A stretch of 64,000 nt of DNA from an uncultured virus (IMG/VR IMGVR_UViG_3300020050_002145) (Duplodnaviria > Heunggongvirae > Uroviricota > Caudoviricetes), in the IMG/VR virus record IMGVR_UViG_3300020050_002145. One strand, 5' to 3'. A model generated the notes under the pieces. The model worked only from the letters and a program-made list of their open reading frames with translations. It was not told the DNA's origin and did no database searches. Positions 1-9,456 of this stretch are shown in pieces. Within the stretch, counting starts at the first letter, position 1; every line of letters starts with the position of its first letter. Both the position numbers and the translations under genes were made by a program.

Positions 1-181
1 GTAGTCGAACTGCTTTTCTGCATCAGCCAACGCTTTGCCCTCAAGGTCTGGCATGTCCTCACGCCATTGGTGTTTGATTTTCGCTAGGCTACGGTTGACT
101 AGCTGTTCTAGTGCTTGGTTTGCGTCTATGATTTCTTGCTGCTTGATGATGTGGTCTTTTAACTTTGCCATGATTTACCTT

Positions 182-406
182 TCAGATAACGCTGAACGCT
201 TGATCATCACCGTCGTAGAACCAATCGGTGTAACTGTAAATGCTTCCCTCGCTGCTGTGATAAATGCCATGCAACGGTGTGTCGTCTGCTTCTTCAAGTC
301 CTGCTTCCTCTAAAGAAACTAACAAGCCACGCTCTCTGGCTGATTCTTCCCAACTGGGCTTTTCTTCTAGTTTGAAACACTTTGTAATGCGATAAGTCTT
401 TGACAT
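182..406 (-). CDS. small early hypothetical protein
   Basis: ATG preceded by a GAGAGG RBS, downstream of a near-consensus sigma70 promoter at 506-534. Confidence 0.65.
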   Translation of the reverse strand: MSKTYRITKCFKLEEKPSWEESARERGLLVSLEEAGLEEADDTPLHGIYHSSEGSIYSYTDWFYDGDDQAFSVI

Positions 407-505
407 AGCAACCTCTCTTATTTAATTGTTCAGGCAACCCTGAATCGTTAGTTAATATTCTTGCTGATGACGCTTTGCGTTGATACATTGCTCCACGACA
501 TTATT

Positions 506-534
506 ATTATACCATAACTTTACATATAAGTCAA
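506..534 (-). promoter_or_regulatory. sigma70-type early promoter
   Basis: Minus strand reads TTGACT-17 nt-TATAAT. Confidence 0.85.
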
Positions 535-544
535 TGTAGTTATT

Positions 545-960
545 CTTCTTTTTTGTTCTGGGGGTTTTGGGGAAATCAGAACAAGAATGGGGTGTTTTGC
601 ACCAGATATAGTGGGAAAAGGGGGTTTTGTTCCGGTTTTAAAGTGTTGCCAGAACAAGAACTTTTTGGTATGAATCGGGCTAAAAGCCGCATAAAACCTA
701 GTCTTTATTAATAATAATAATTAAAAATATATATAATATTGTTGTTCTGTTCCGGTGAAAAAATATAGTATGGCTCCCGCGAGTGTTTTTTCATGCACTT
801 GCCGAGCCGTTCGAACGATCTGCAAAAAACGCACGTTTCCGCCCATACCACCTAAAAACACCAGAACACTGGAACAAGCACGTAAGTCCTTGATTTTAAA
901 AGCAAAATCTTGTTCCGTTACCAGAACAACAACAGAATCACCGGAACAGAATTTGGTAGT
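545..960. repeat. non-coding array of TGTTC(C/T)G / C(A/G)GAACA repeats, putative replication origin (left copy)
   Basis: About 10 copies in both orientations around an AT-rich tract at ~705-745; no credible ORF. Confidence 0.55.
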
Positions 961-1146
961 TATCCACAGGCTCAGCGTCATTTACACAAACGGTAGATGA
1001 TGCAACATGACAAGTCTAGTCCGGGATTAATTACTGAGCTTGGCGTCGGCTAATATAACAACTCAGGATAGGCTGAACTCTTATTTAACGCGCTTGCTCT
1101 CGCCCGCGCGCGAGGGTAAAAACTGGTTTCAACTTTTCGCTAGGCG

Positions 1147-1182
1147 AAAAAAAACCCTACTAGCCAATTGGCTAGTAGGGTT
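1147..1182 (-). terminator. intrinsic terminator
   Basis: Perfect 30-bp inverted repeat AACCCTACTAGCCAATTGGCTAGTAGGGTT (1153-1182) followed by a T-run on the minus strand, right after the 1188 stop. Confidence 0.8.
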
Positions 1183-1187
1183 GAAAG

Positions 1188-1847
1188 TTAATTATGATAC
1201 TTTGTCTTAAATGCAACAATAGCATCATGCAATTTTGCTAAATCAGCCGTATCGTCATTCCCTCTGGATACAGCCGTTTTGCAGCGTGTTTGCATATCTG
1301 ATAACGTTTTATCAACGTATTCAATAAATGCAAGGGTTGCTGAACGGGTTTTTGTTTCTGGGTTTAATTCCTTAAGATATTTTCTAGCTGCACTCATCAA
1401 GTCACCCAAACAGCCAGAACAATATTTATTAACACGTTTTCTAACGTCCTGCACAATTGCATACAATTGCGGGTTTTCACTTTTCATTGCACCGAATTGC
1501 TGTTGGGTGTAAGAAAATGCACTTGCTACGCTGATAACATAACGTTCTTTTGCCGGTTCGCCCTTCAATTGCGCTGAGGGGATATAATTTCCATCGATAA
1601 CGCTATACTCTACCGGCTGATACTTTGGTAATTCACTAGCCCGTAAACGGAAACCCTCATTCAATTCTAAACGCACTTCAGCGGGTACAGCATCAGGAAA
1701 ACCCGCAATATTTTCAACAGCGAATTTGCCGTCAAGTTTGGCAGCATCAGATTTTTTTGCTACCGAATAACCTAAATCTTTAAAAGATTTATAGTTAACA
1801 TCATTCAATAACACGTCAACAGCAACAGCGGTTTTTTGTTTAGTCAT
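1188..1847 (-). CDS. early hypothetical protein
   Basis: Long ORF with GAGGA RBS before MTKQK, its own promoter (1908-1937) and terminator. Confidence 0.8.
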   Translation of the reverse strand: MTKQKTAVAVDVLLNDVNYKSFKDLGYSVAKKSDAAKLDGKFAVENIAGFPDAVPAEVRLELNEGFRLRASELPKYQPVEYSVIDGNYIPSAQLKGEPAKERYVISVASAFSYTQQQFGAMKSENPQLYAIVQDVRKRVNKYCSGCLGDLMSAARKYLKELNPETKTRSATLAFIEYVDKTLSDMQTRCKTAVSRGNDDTADLAKLHDAIVAFKTKYHN

Positions 1848-1907
1848 TTTGACTATCCTCATAAAAAGTTAAAAAGAAAAAACACCATTGTCACATGGTG
1901 TAATTAT

Positions 1908-1937
1908 GTTATAGCTGATAACACGCTTAATAGTCAA
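1908..1937 (-). promoter_or_regulatory. sigma70-type promoter
   Basis: TTGACT-18 nt-TATAAC; shares the 17-mer ATTATGTTATAGCTGAT with the promoter at 3098-3126. Confidence 0.65.
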
Positions 1938-2024
1938 CGTTTCAGGCTTAGGGGAAACGTTAAACACGCCCGCCCCCGCGCGCGACGACAGAAACTGGTA
2001 TCAAAGGGGCCGAAGCCCCAAGTT

Positions 2025-2264
2025 TTAAAGCACCATGCTCCACTCGCTTATGCGCTCGTTCAACTCTTTAAGCTCAAGCTCAAGGTTGTCAATCTTTGCT
2101 TGATGGAAGCGGATACCTGCGAAGAGTCTAGTCGCCTCGCTGCGCGCTGCTTTTAGTAAGTTGTACATCGCAGGGTTCGTGCCGCGCATTAAAGCCATCT
2201 GTTGAACAGATAATGACAATGCAAAGTCTAGCTTGTTACCTACATCAATCTCTAGTTGTATCAT
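2025..2264 (-). CDS. small early hypothetical protein (coiled coil)
   Basis: GAAAGG RBS; member of a cassette-like array. Confidence 0.65.
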   Translation of the reverse strand: MIQLEIDVGNKLDFALSLSVQQMALMRGTNPAMYNLLKAARSEATRLFAGIRFHQAKIDNLELELKELNERISEWSMVL

Positions 2265-2306
2265 GGCGTTACCTTTCTAAAAAGTGGGGGCTTTCGCCCC
2301 CGTTTG

Positions 2307-2513
2307 TTAACGTGCTGCTTTTATGTTATTGAGTTGCTCATGGCGCTTCGCACGTTCCTCAAGTATGTTTAGTTCTTCTTGCAGCGTTGCATGGCAGAAG
2401 TTCAGAGTCATGCACATAATCGACCAGTCTTCTGCCGACTTAGCGCGTTCCATTAAGTCATCAATTGTTTTAGGAGTTACAAATAAATCTGTTTTAGGAA
2501 TTGGATTGATCAT
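2307..2513 (-). CDS. small early hypothetical protein
   Basis: GAAAGGT RBS within the repeated intergenic unit. Confidence 0.6.
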   Translation of the reverse strand: MINPIPKTDLFVTPKTIDDLMERAKSAEDWSIMCMTLNFCHATLQEELNILEERAKRHEQLNNIKAAR

Positions 2514-2520
2514 CTTGATC

Positions 2521-2564
2521 ACCTTTCATATTAAACGGGGGCTGAGCGGCAGCCCCCTAACCGT
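2521..2564. repeat. intergenic hairpin+RBS repeat, copy 1
   Basis: 42/44 identical to 2815-2858; contains the GGGGGCTGAGCGGCAGCCCCC hairpin. Confidence 0.9.
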
Positions 2565-2565
2565 G

Positions 2566-2808
2566 TTACTCAAAACCTACTAAATAATCTGGCAGTCGCC
2601 TAGCCGGAAAGCTACTGTAGTCAGGACCATCACTTGAATACCGCAGAATGAAATGCGTTTCAGGTAATTCATACTGACATGACTTCCACAAGTCAGCCGG
2701 TATTGTGCGCTCTTCATATTCATCATCGCTTTTATAAAAAGCTTGCTTAACAAATACATTACCTAAAAACTTGCATACGATGCAATCGTGTTCGTGTATC
2801 GGTTTCAT
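2566..2808 (-). CDS. small early hypothetical protein (HxHDCxxC, possible metal binder)
   Basis: MKPIHEHDCIVCKFLG; RBS in the repeat unit. Confidence 0.6.
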   Translation of the reverse strand: MKPIHEHDCIVCKFLGNVFVKQAFYKSDDEYEERTIPADLWKSCQYELPETHFILRYSSDGPDYSSFPARRLPDYLVGFE

Positions 2809-2814
2809 AACATT

Positions 2815-2858
2815 ACCTTCCATATTTAACGGGGGCTGAGCGGCAGCCCCCTAACCGT
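2815..2858. repeat. intergenic hairpin+RBS repeat, copy 2
   Basis: 42/44 identical to 2521-2564. Confidence 0.9.
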
Positions 2859-2859
2859 A

Positions 2860-3048
2860 TTACCAGCGTGCAGTCATCAGCTTGCCACGCTTACCTATCA
2901 TTACCTTAGCTTCATACGGGTACAACCTAGACCATTCAAGCGCATCATCTTCACACTTAAAGAACTTGACTTGCTTTACTGTGCGCCATTCAATGCAGAC
3001 CATGTAGCAAGTTAACCATAACCAAAGAGTGCGTATACGTTCTAACAT
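2860..3048 (-). CDS. small early hypothetical protein
   Basis: GAAAGGT RBS; first gene after the promoter at 3098-3126. Confidence 0.6.
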   Translation of the reverse strand: MLERIRTLWLWLTCYMVCIEWRTVKQVKFFKCEDDALEWSRLYPYEAKVMIGKRGKLMTARW

Positions 3049-3097
3049 AGTGATTACCTTTCTTATTTAGCTCTGCACTATTGCATCGCATGATTAT

Positions 3098-3126
3098 GTT
3101 ATAGCTGATGGCGGGGCATATGTAAA
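3098..3126 (-). promoter_or_regulatory. sigma70-type promoter
   Basis: TTTACA-17 nt-TATAAC. Confidence 0.65.
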
Positions 3127-3360
3127 GTTTTCACCCTCACCACCCCACACCCCCACCCCCCTAAATCCACGACCGGAGTCCCGCGCCCCTCTACACCAAA
3201 ACTTGCACAAACGACTTCACTTTTTCTCAAAACCCACACCCCCATCAAAAAATATTTTGCAAAAATTTCCCATAACTCTGTTGTCAAATTAACAAGTCTT
3301 TACAAATTAAAAATTCGTGTTATATTGCGCTAATTGTTCACCAAGCCACAGAACGCTTAC

Positions 3361-3927
3361 ATGAACGTTATTGTCCCAAACATCGAAGAAGATATTCCTC
3401 TGCCAGTCTCCGCTATGGATGCACTGCCTGATATGTCGCCCCAACAAGAAATAGAAATGCGGGCTAAGACTATTAAACTAATCTCTGATTTAAACGGTGT
3501 GGCTATAGAGCCAACTGAAGAACATATCAATCAGGCAAGAGACCTTGCCAAACAAATGATTACTAATCCAACAATGCGACCTGAGTTTGCTAAGTACCCT
3601 AATGAGGTGATGGCATACCTTGCAGGAATGGTGGCGCAAAGCAACTGCATGATCGTAGAAGAGTTATCAGATTTAAAACTTTACGTCGTAAACAAACTCA
3701 TCGCTGAAGTAGAAAATGCGAAGGACGCAAAAGCCCGTATTACAGCTTTATCAAAGTTGGGAGAAGTCGATGGTGTAGACGCATTTAAGAAGCGTAGTGA
3801 GATAACACACAAAGTACAAACAATAGAAGAAGTTGAGACAGAACTCTTTACTATATTAAATACACTAGAAGATCAGATCACCGATGTAGAAGTCAGGGAG
3901 GTCTCTAGTGGGATTAGCGAATCTTAA
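3361..3927 (+). CDS. terS: putative terminase small subunit
   Basis: Immediately upstream of and overlapping TerL; helical, ~190 aa; ends with ARITALSKLGE...F..RSEITHK. Confidence 0.65.
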   Translation: MNVIVPNIEEDIPLPVSAMDALPDMSPQQEIEMRAKTIKLISDLNGVAIEPTEEHINQARDLAKQMITNPTMRPEFAKYPNEVMAYLAGMVAQSNCMIVEELSDLKLYVVNKLIAEVENAKDAKARITALSKLGEVDGVDAFKKRSEITHKVQTIEEVETELFTILNTLEDQITDVEVREVSSGISES

Positions 3928-5434
3928 ACTTCGTGCAGAAGACCTAAATAAGATACGCGCTGCGCTTCCAACTATGGAAGATAAGCAGAAAAGGCGTGCT
4001 GTTGAGCTATTAAAACAGTATAAACAAGAGACAACACGCGAAATAAGCAAGGAATCGTTCTTAGATTTCGTAAAACACGTATATCCGGGCTACAAAGTAG
4101 GTCCACACCACTATAAATTAGCCCGTATCTTTGAAGAAATAGCCGCTGGCAAGAAGAAAAGGGTGATAGTTAACATAGCGCCGCGTCATGGCAAGTCAGA
4201 ATTGATAAGTTATCTAGCTCCGGCATGGTTTTTGGGTAAATACCCACAAAAAAAGGTGATTATGGCGTCACACACCGCAGATTTAGCGGTGAATTTCGGT
4301 CGCAGAGTGCGAAACTTAGTAGGTTCAGAGCCATATCACGACATTTTTCCACAAATTGAGCTACAAGCTGACTCGAAATCAGCATCTAGGTGGGGGACTA
4401 ACTTTAATGGAGAATACTTTGCTATTGGCGTGGGCGGCGCCCTTGCTGGTCGCGGCGCTGATTTATTTATTATTGACGATCCTCATTCAGAACAAGACGC
4501 TAAAACAGGACGACCCGATGTATTTCTTCCTGCTTGGGAGTGGTTTCAGTCTGGTCCTCTCCAGCGTCTTATGCCGGGTGGTGCAATTATTATTGTAATG
4601 ACTAGGTGGTCGAAGTTAGACCTGACTGGTCAGATTAATACTCAGATGGAGCGTGCCGAAGGCGTAGATCAGTGGGAAGTTGTTGAGTTTCCTGCGATTG
4701 ATGAGAATGATCAGCCGTTATGGCCTGAGTTTTGGTCGGCAGAAGAACTACTTGCTAAAAAAGCGGGTATGGATATTCGCTACTGGAACGCCCAGTACAT
4801 GCAGCAACCAACGTCTGAAGAAGGCGCACTAATTAAAAGAGAGTGGTGGCAGATGTGGGAGCAAGATGACCCACCTCAATGTGAATTTATTATTATGTCT
4901 TTGGATGCCGCACAAGAAGCGAACAACCGATCTGACTTTAACGCTCTTACAACGTGGGGTGTTTTCTTCAATGAAGAGACTAATAACTATGCAATAATCT
5001 TACTGAACAGCATTAAGAAGCGTATGGAGTACCCTGAATTAAAAGCATTAGTTCTTGAAGAATATGGTCAGTGGGAACCAGATGCGTTTATCGTGGAGAA
5101 AAAGTCTTCTGGCTCAGTGTTGTATCAAGAGATGAGAAGAATGGGTATACCCGTGTCGGAGTTCACGCCGGGTAAGGGACAAGACAAGATTTCCCGTGTA
5201 AATGCAGTATCAAGTTTGTTTCATGGGGGCATAGTGTTTGCTCCTGAGAGACGTTGGGCAATGGAAGTTATCGAGGAGTGCAACGACTTCCCAGCTGGTA
5301 TTAACGACGACTTAGTTGACTCGACAACACTAGCACTACTTAGATTCCGACAAGGCGGGTTCATTCGCTTAGATTCGGATGAGAAAGACGATATACAACT
5401 GTTTAAATCCAAACGGAAAAAAGCTTACTACTAA
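3908..5434 (+). CDS. terL: terminase large subunit
   Basis: Walker A NIAPRHGKS, Walker B FIIDDPH, coupling motif MTRW, RNase H-like nuclease with SLDAA and DDLVDS. Confidence 0.97.
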   Translation: MGLANLKLRAEDLNKIRAALPTMEDKQKRRAVELLKQYKQETTREISKESFLDFVKHVYPGYKVGPHHYKLARIFEEIAAGKKKRVIVNIAPRHGKSELISYLAPAWFLGKYPQKKVIMASHTADLAVNFGRRVRNLVGSEPYHDIFPQIELQADSKSASRWGTNFNGEYFAIGVGGALAGRGADLFIIDDPHSEQDAKTGRPDVFLPAWEWFQSGPLQRLMPGGAIIIVMTRWSKLDLTGQINTQMERAEGVDQWEVVEFPAIDENDQPLWPEFWSAEELLAKKAGMDIRYWNAQYMQQPTSEEGALIKREWWQMWEQDDPPQCEFIIMSLDAAQEANNRSDFNALTTWGVFFNEETNNYAIILLNSIKKRMEYPELKALVLEEYGQWEPDAFIVEKKSSGSVLYQEMRRMGIPVSEFTPGKGQDKISRVNAVSSLFHGGIVFAPERRWAMEVIEECNDFPAGINDDLVDSTTLALLRFRQGGFIRLDSDEKDDIQLFKSKRKKAYY

Positions 5435-5442
5435 GGACAATC

Positions 5443-7899
5443 ATGAGTATTGAAAAAGGTTTATACGCAGCTCCTCAAGGCATTATGGAAGAAGAGGGTG
5501 AGCCGTTAGAGATTGAGATCGAGGACCCAGAAGCTGTGCGTATTCGCACGGGTGACCTTGAGATTGACATCGAGAAAGACTACGAGGAAGAAGGCTTTGA
5601 AGATAACTTAGCTGAATATATTGATGACAGCGAGCTAGCATTGATAGCATCCGAACTAGTAGAGGCTTATGAGGACGACGTTAGCGCTAGAAAAGATTGG
5701 GTACAGACTTATGTAGATGGCCTTGATCTATTAGGTATGAAGCTAGAAGAACGTACAGAACCTTGGGCTGGTGCGTGTGGCGTTACACACCCACTACTAA
5801 CAGAAGCACTTGTTAAGTTCCAGTCTGAAACAATTATGGAGACGTTCCCAGCAGCGGGTCCAGTTAAGACAAAGATCATAGGTAAAGAAACGCCAGAGAA
5901 GAAAGAAGCGTCGATACGTGTTCAAGAAGATATGAACTACCGCTTGACTGAAGGTATGCCTGAGTATCGTCCTGAACAAGAACGTTTATTGTGGGGCTTG
6001 GGTCTGTCAGGTAATGCGTTTAAGAAAGTTTATTTTGATCCAGCGTTAAATCGTGAGACAGCTATTTACGTTCCGGCAGAAGATGTAGTTGTTCCGTACG
6101 GCGCGTCCTCTCTCCAAACGGCAGAGCGTGTTACACATGTGATGCGTAAGACAGAGAATGAGTTAAAGAAGTTGCAGGTTGCAGGGTTCTATTTAGATGT
6201 GGACTTAGGTGACCCTACTAATTCTATTGAAGAAGTAGAGAAGAAGATTGCAGAGAAGTTAGGCTTTAGAGCTACGACTGACGACAGATATAAGATACTT
6301 GAGATGCACGTTGAGCTTGATCTACCGGGCTTTGAAGATGAGAACGGTATAGCATTGCCTTACGTAGTAACAATAGAGAAATCAACACAGACTATATTAG
6401 CTATTCGTCGTAACTACAAGCCAGATGACAAGCTCAAACAAAAACGCAACCACTTCGTTCACTATGGGTACATACCGGGGTTCGGCTTCTACTGCTTCGG
6501 CCTCATTCATCTTGTGGGAGCTTTTGCGAAGTCCGGCACCTCAATTTTGCGTCAACTCGTCGATGCAGGGACCCTCTCGAACCTTCCGGGTGGACTTAAA
6601 GCTCGCGGGATGAGAATTAAAGGTGACGATACTCCTATCGCGCCGGGTGAGTTTAGAGATGTAGATATTCCAAGTGGTGCTGTTAAAGACAACATCATGA
6701 TGCTTCCATACAAGGAGCCAAGTGCAGTATTAGCCCAATTGATGAATCAAATCATCGAAGACGGACGTCGTTTTGCCAGTGCAGCGGATATGAAAGTATC
6801 TGACATGTCTGCACAATCTCCAGTAGGCACTACACTGGCTATTTTAGAAAGAACCCTGAAAGTTATGTCAGCGGTTCAAGCGCGTATTCACTACGCTATG
6901 CACGAAGAGTTCCGTCTATTGAAAGATATAGTGCGTGACTTTGCTCCAGAAGAATATTCATACGACCCAGATGTAGGTAGTAAATCAGCAAAACAAAGTG
7001 ATTACGACATGTGTGATGTTATACCTGTCTCTGATCCTAATGCTGCAACTATGTCTCAAAAGGTTGTTCAGTACCAAGCGGTGTTCCAACTAGCACAAAC
7101 AGCACCACAGTTATACGACATGCCACTTCTACATCGTCAGATGATTGAGGTATTAGGTGTTAGAAACGCAGCTAAGTTAGTACCGATGAATGAAGATAGA
7201 CGTCCACGCGACCCTGTTACAGAAAACATCGACATACTAAAAGGTAAACCAGCTAAAGCGTTTGTATTCCAAGACCATCAAGCTCACATTTCTGTACACA
7301 TGGCAGCGATGCAAGACCCGAAGATACAGTCAGTCGTAGGGCAAGACCCACAATCAGCACAAACAATGATGGCAGCAATGCACGCTCACATCAACGAGCA
7401 TGTCGGGTACGAGTATAAGAAACAAATTGAAGCCGCTATCGGTATGGAGATTCCTGACTTTGAGGATGATGATGACCAGCAAATACCGAAGGAAATGGAA
7501 AACCGTATCGCACAGATGGCGGCACAAGCGTCGCAGCAGATACTACAACAGCATCAACAAGAAGCTCAACAGCAGCAAGCTCAGCAGCAGATGCAAGACC
7601 CTATCATTCAGATGCAAATGCAAGAATTGCAGATCAAACAAGCGGAAGTTCAGCGCAAGATTGCAAAAGATCAACTCGATGCGGCTGCAAAAGACAAGCA
7701 GATGCAGATTGAAATGGAGCGAATTAATGCGCAGAAAGAGATTGCTGGGGCGAATATGGCGATGAAACACAGCTCCGATAAGCAAAGAAATGATACACAA
7801 ATGGAGATAGAAGGTTTCCGTCAGGGCATGGAAATGAACAGACAACGTACGCAGCAAGCATCTATTAGTAAACCCCCACAAAAAGGAAAGAATAAGTGA
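5443..7899 (+). CDS. portal protein (long Gln-rich coiled-coil C-terminus, P22-like)
   Basis: Position after TerL, 818 aa, GNAFKKVYFD and GFYCFGLIH motifs, C-terminal coiled coil. Confidence 0.88.
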   Translation: MSIEKGLYAAPQGIMEEEGEPLEIEIEDPEAVRIRTGDLEIDIEKDYEEEGFEDNLAEYIDDSELALIASELVEAYEDDVSARKDWVQTYVDGLDLLGMKLEERTEPWAGACGVTHPLLTEALVKFQSETIMETFPAAGPVKTKIIGKETPEKKEASIRVQEDMNYRLTEGMPEYRPEQERLLWGLGLSGNAFKKVYFDPALNRETAIYVPAEDVVVPYGASSLQTAERVTHVMRKTENELKKLQVAGFYLDVDLGDPTNSIEEVEKKIAEKLGFRATTDDRYKILEMHVELDLPGFEDENGIALPYVVTIEKSTQTILAIRRNYKPDDKLKQKRNHFVHYGYIPGFGFYCFGLIHLVGAFAKSGTSILRQLVDAGTLSNLPGGLKARGMRIKGDDTPIAPGEFRDVDIPSGAVKDNIMMLPYKEPSAVLAQLMNQIIEDGRRFASAADMKVSDMSAQSPVGTTLAILERTLKVMSAVQARIHYAMHEEFRLLKDIVRDFAPEEYSYDPDVGSKSAKQSDYDMCDVIPVSDPNAATMSQKVVQYQAVFQLAQTAPQLYDMPLLHRQMIEVLGVRNAAKLVPMNEDRRPRDPVTENIDILKGKPAKAFVFQDHQAHISVHMAAMQDPKIQSVVGQDPQSAQTMMAAMHAHINEHVGYEYKKQIEAAIGMEIPDFEDDDDQQIPKEMENRIAQMAAQASQQILQQHQQEAQQQQAQQQMQDPIIQMQMQELQIKQAEVQRKIAKDQLDAAAKDKQMQIEMERINAQKEIAGANMAMKHSSDKQRNDTQMEIEGFRQGMEMNRQRTQQASISKPPQKGKNK

Positions 7900-8084
7900 A
7901 CATAATCGAAGCGGCACTTAAAGAGATAAGGGAGCGTCGGACACAGCTATCCAATGCGCTGGCAAACAAAGCAGCCAAGACCTATGACGAGTACCAATTC
8001 ATTTGCGGCGAGATTCGAGGCCTTACCGCAGTGGAGATTTATCTTGTAGACCTCGCAAAAAACTTGGAGCAAAACGATGACTGA
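7896..8084 (+). CDS. small head-module protein
   Basis: Translationally coupled between portal and GroES; Y...CGEIRGL motif. Confidence 0.75.
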   Translation: MNIIEAALKEIRERRTQLSNALANKAAKTYDEYQFICGEIRGLTAVEIYLVDLAKNLEQNDD

Positions 8085-8475
8085 AATAGTAATCGCTACA
8101 GACAGCGGTGAAGTTTCGACCCTGCCACAAACAGCGGAAGAAAGAGCAACACAACTGCCTACCCCATCGGGATACCACATTTTGGTGGCAATACCTGAGA
8201 TTGAAGAGAAGTATGAGAGCGGGTTAATTAAGGCAGATACAACTAAGCATTATGAGGAAGTCCTTAGTACGGTCTTCTTTGTCGTGAAATTGGGTCCAGA
8301 CGCCTATAAAGGTGAACGGTTTACGTCAGGTCCGTGGTGTAAAGAGGGTGACTTTATCCTTGCACGCCCGAACAGCGGCACTAGATTGAAGATTCATGGA
8401 CGTGAGTTCCGTCTAATTAATGATGATTCAGTTGAAGGGGTTGTTGACGATCCACGCGGAATTTCACGAGCATAA
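8077..8475 (+). CDS. groES: GroES/Cpn10-like co-chaperonin
   Basis: P.GYHILV, SGLI, VVKLGPDAY, WCKEGDFIL, RLINDDSVEGVV match the Cpn10 fold. Confidence 0.88.
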   Translation: MTEIVIATDSGEVSTLPQTAEERATQLPTPSGYHILVAIPEIEEKYESGLIKADTTKHYEEVLSTVFFVVKLGPDAYKGERFTSGPWCKEGDFILARPNSGTRLKIHGREFRLINDDSVEGVVDDPRGISRA

Positions 8476-8484
8476 GGAGGCTAT

Positions 8485-9456
8485 ATGCCAGATTTTGATA
8501 AAGAAGAGTACAAATTCCCTGACGAGATTGAGTCTAAGGTGTCTATGAAGGACGACGATGAGGAAGAGTTCACCGTAGAGATCGAAGACGATACGCCAGA
8601 AGAGGATCGTGGTAAGGAACCCCTCCCTAAAGATATTATTAACTCACTGGAAGCCCCAGAGGACGGCGGTGAGTATCCCGAAGAAGTAGTCACTAAGTTT
8701 AAGCAGTATAAGAAAGCTTGGCACGACGAACGTAGGGAGAAGGAAGCAGCTTACCGTGAGCAAGAAGAAGCTCTACGGATGGCACAGAGTATTCTTGAGG
8801 AGAATAAGCGCCTTAAGTCTACCCTAGCGTCTGGCGAGCAGGTTTACATCTCTACTATGCAGGATTCTGCTGAAAAAGAAGTTGAGATGGCAAAGCGTGA
8901 GTATCGTGAAGCATATGATTCGGGCGACTCTGAGAAGTTAATTGATGCACAGCAAGCCTTAACTAATGCTAGTTTAAAGTTGGATCGCGCAAAAAACTTT
9001 AAACCCACTTTACAAGAAGACGAAAATGAGGTACAACTGCCGCAAAGATCGCAAGCTGACAACAAACAGCAAGCTGATCCAAAGTATGCAGCATGGCAGC
9101 GTCGTAATTCAAACTGGTTCCAAAAGGACGAGGAGATGACCGAAGCAGCAAAAGGACTGCATATGAAACTGTATCGTGAGTACGGCCCTGAATATATTGG
9201 TACTGACGATTATTACGAGCGCATCGACAAAACGATCCGTAAACGGTTTCCGGAGTCCTTCCCTGAAAACAGGGACGTTGAGACAAAACCTCAGCAAAGA
9301 AGTAAGCCTAGTACAGTCGTAGCTTCAGCTAAGCGGAGTACGGCTCCGAAGCAGATTAAGTTGACAGCGACACAAGCGGCGCTGGCGAAAAAATTTAGAC
9401 TGACACCGGAGCAATATGCTCGTGAAGTACTTAAACTGGAGAATAACAATGGCTAA
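8485..9456 (+). CDS. putative capsid scaffolding protein
   Basis: Acidic N-terminus, long coiled coil and C-terminal LT..Q.ALAKK.RLTPEQYA helix-turn; upstream of the capsid gene. Confidence 0.75.
   Translation: MPDFDKEEYKFPDEIESKVSMKDDDEEEFTVEIEDDTPEEDRGKEPLPKDIINSLEAPEDGGEYPEEVVTKFKQYKKAWHDERREKEAAYREQEEALRMAQSILEENKRLKSTLASGEQVYISTMQDSAEKEVEMAKREYREAYDSGDSEKLIDAQQALTNASLKLDRAKNFKPTLQEDENEVQLPQRSQADNKQQADPKYAAWQRRNSNWFQKDEEMTEAAKGLHMKLYREYGPEYIGTDDYYERIDKTIRKRFPESFPENRDVETKPQQRSKPSTVVASAKRSTAPKQIKLTATQAALAKKFRLTPEQYAREVLKLENNNG

Noticed and set aside
721..1000. ORFs 721-981 and 755-1000
   Set aside because: No RBS or protein-like composition; they overlap the TGTTC repeat array and are likely non-coding.
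1153..1182. 30-bp perfect palindrome as a protelomerase (tel) site
   Set aside because: It directly follows a stop codon and has a T-run, fitting an intrinsic terminator; no protelomerase gene was seen.
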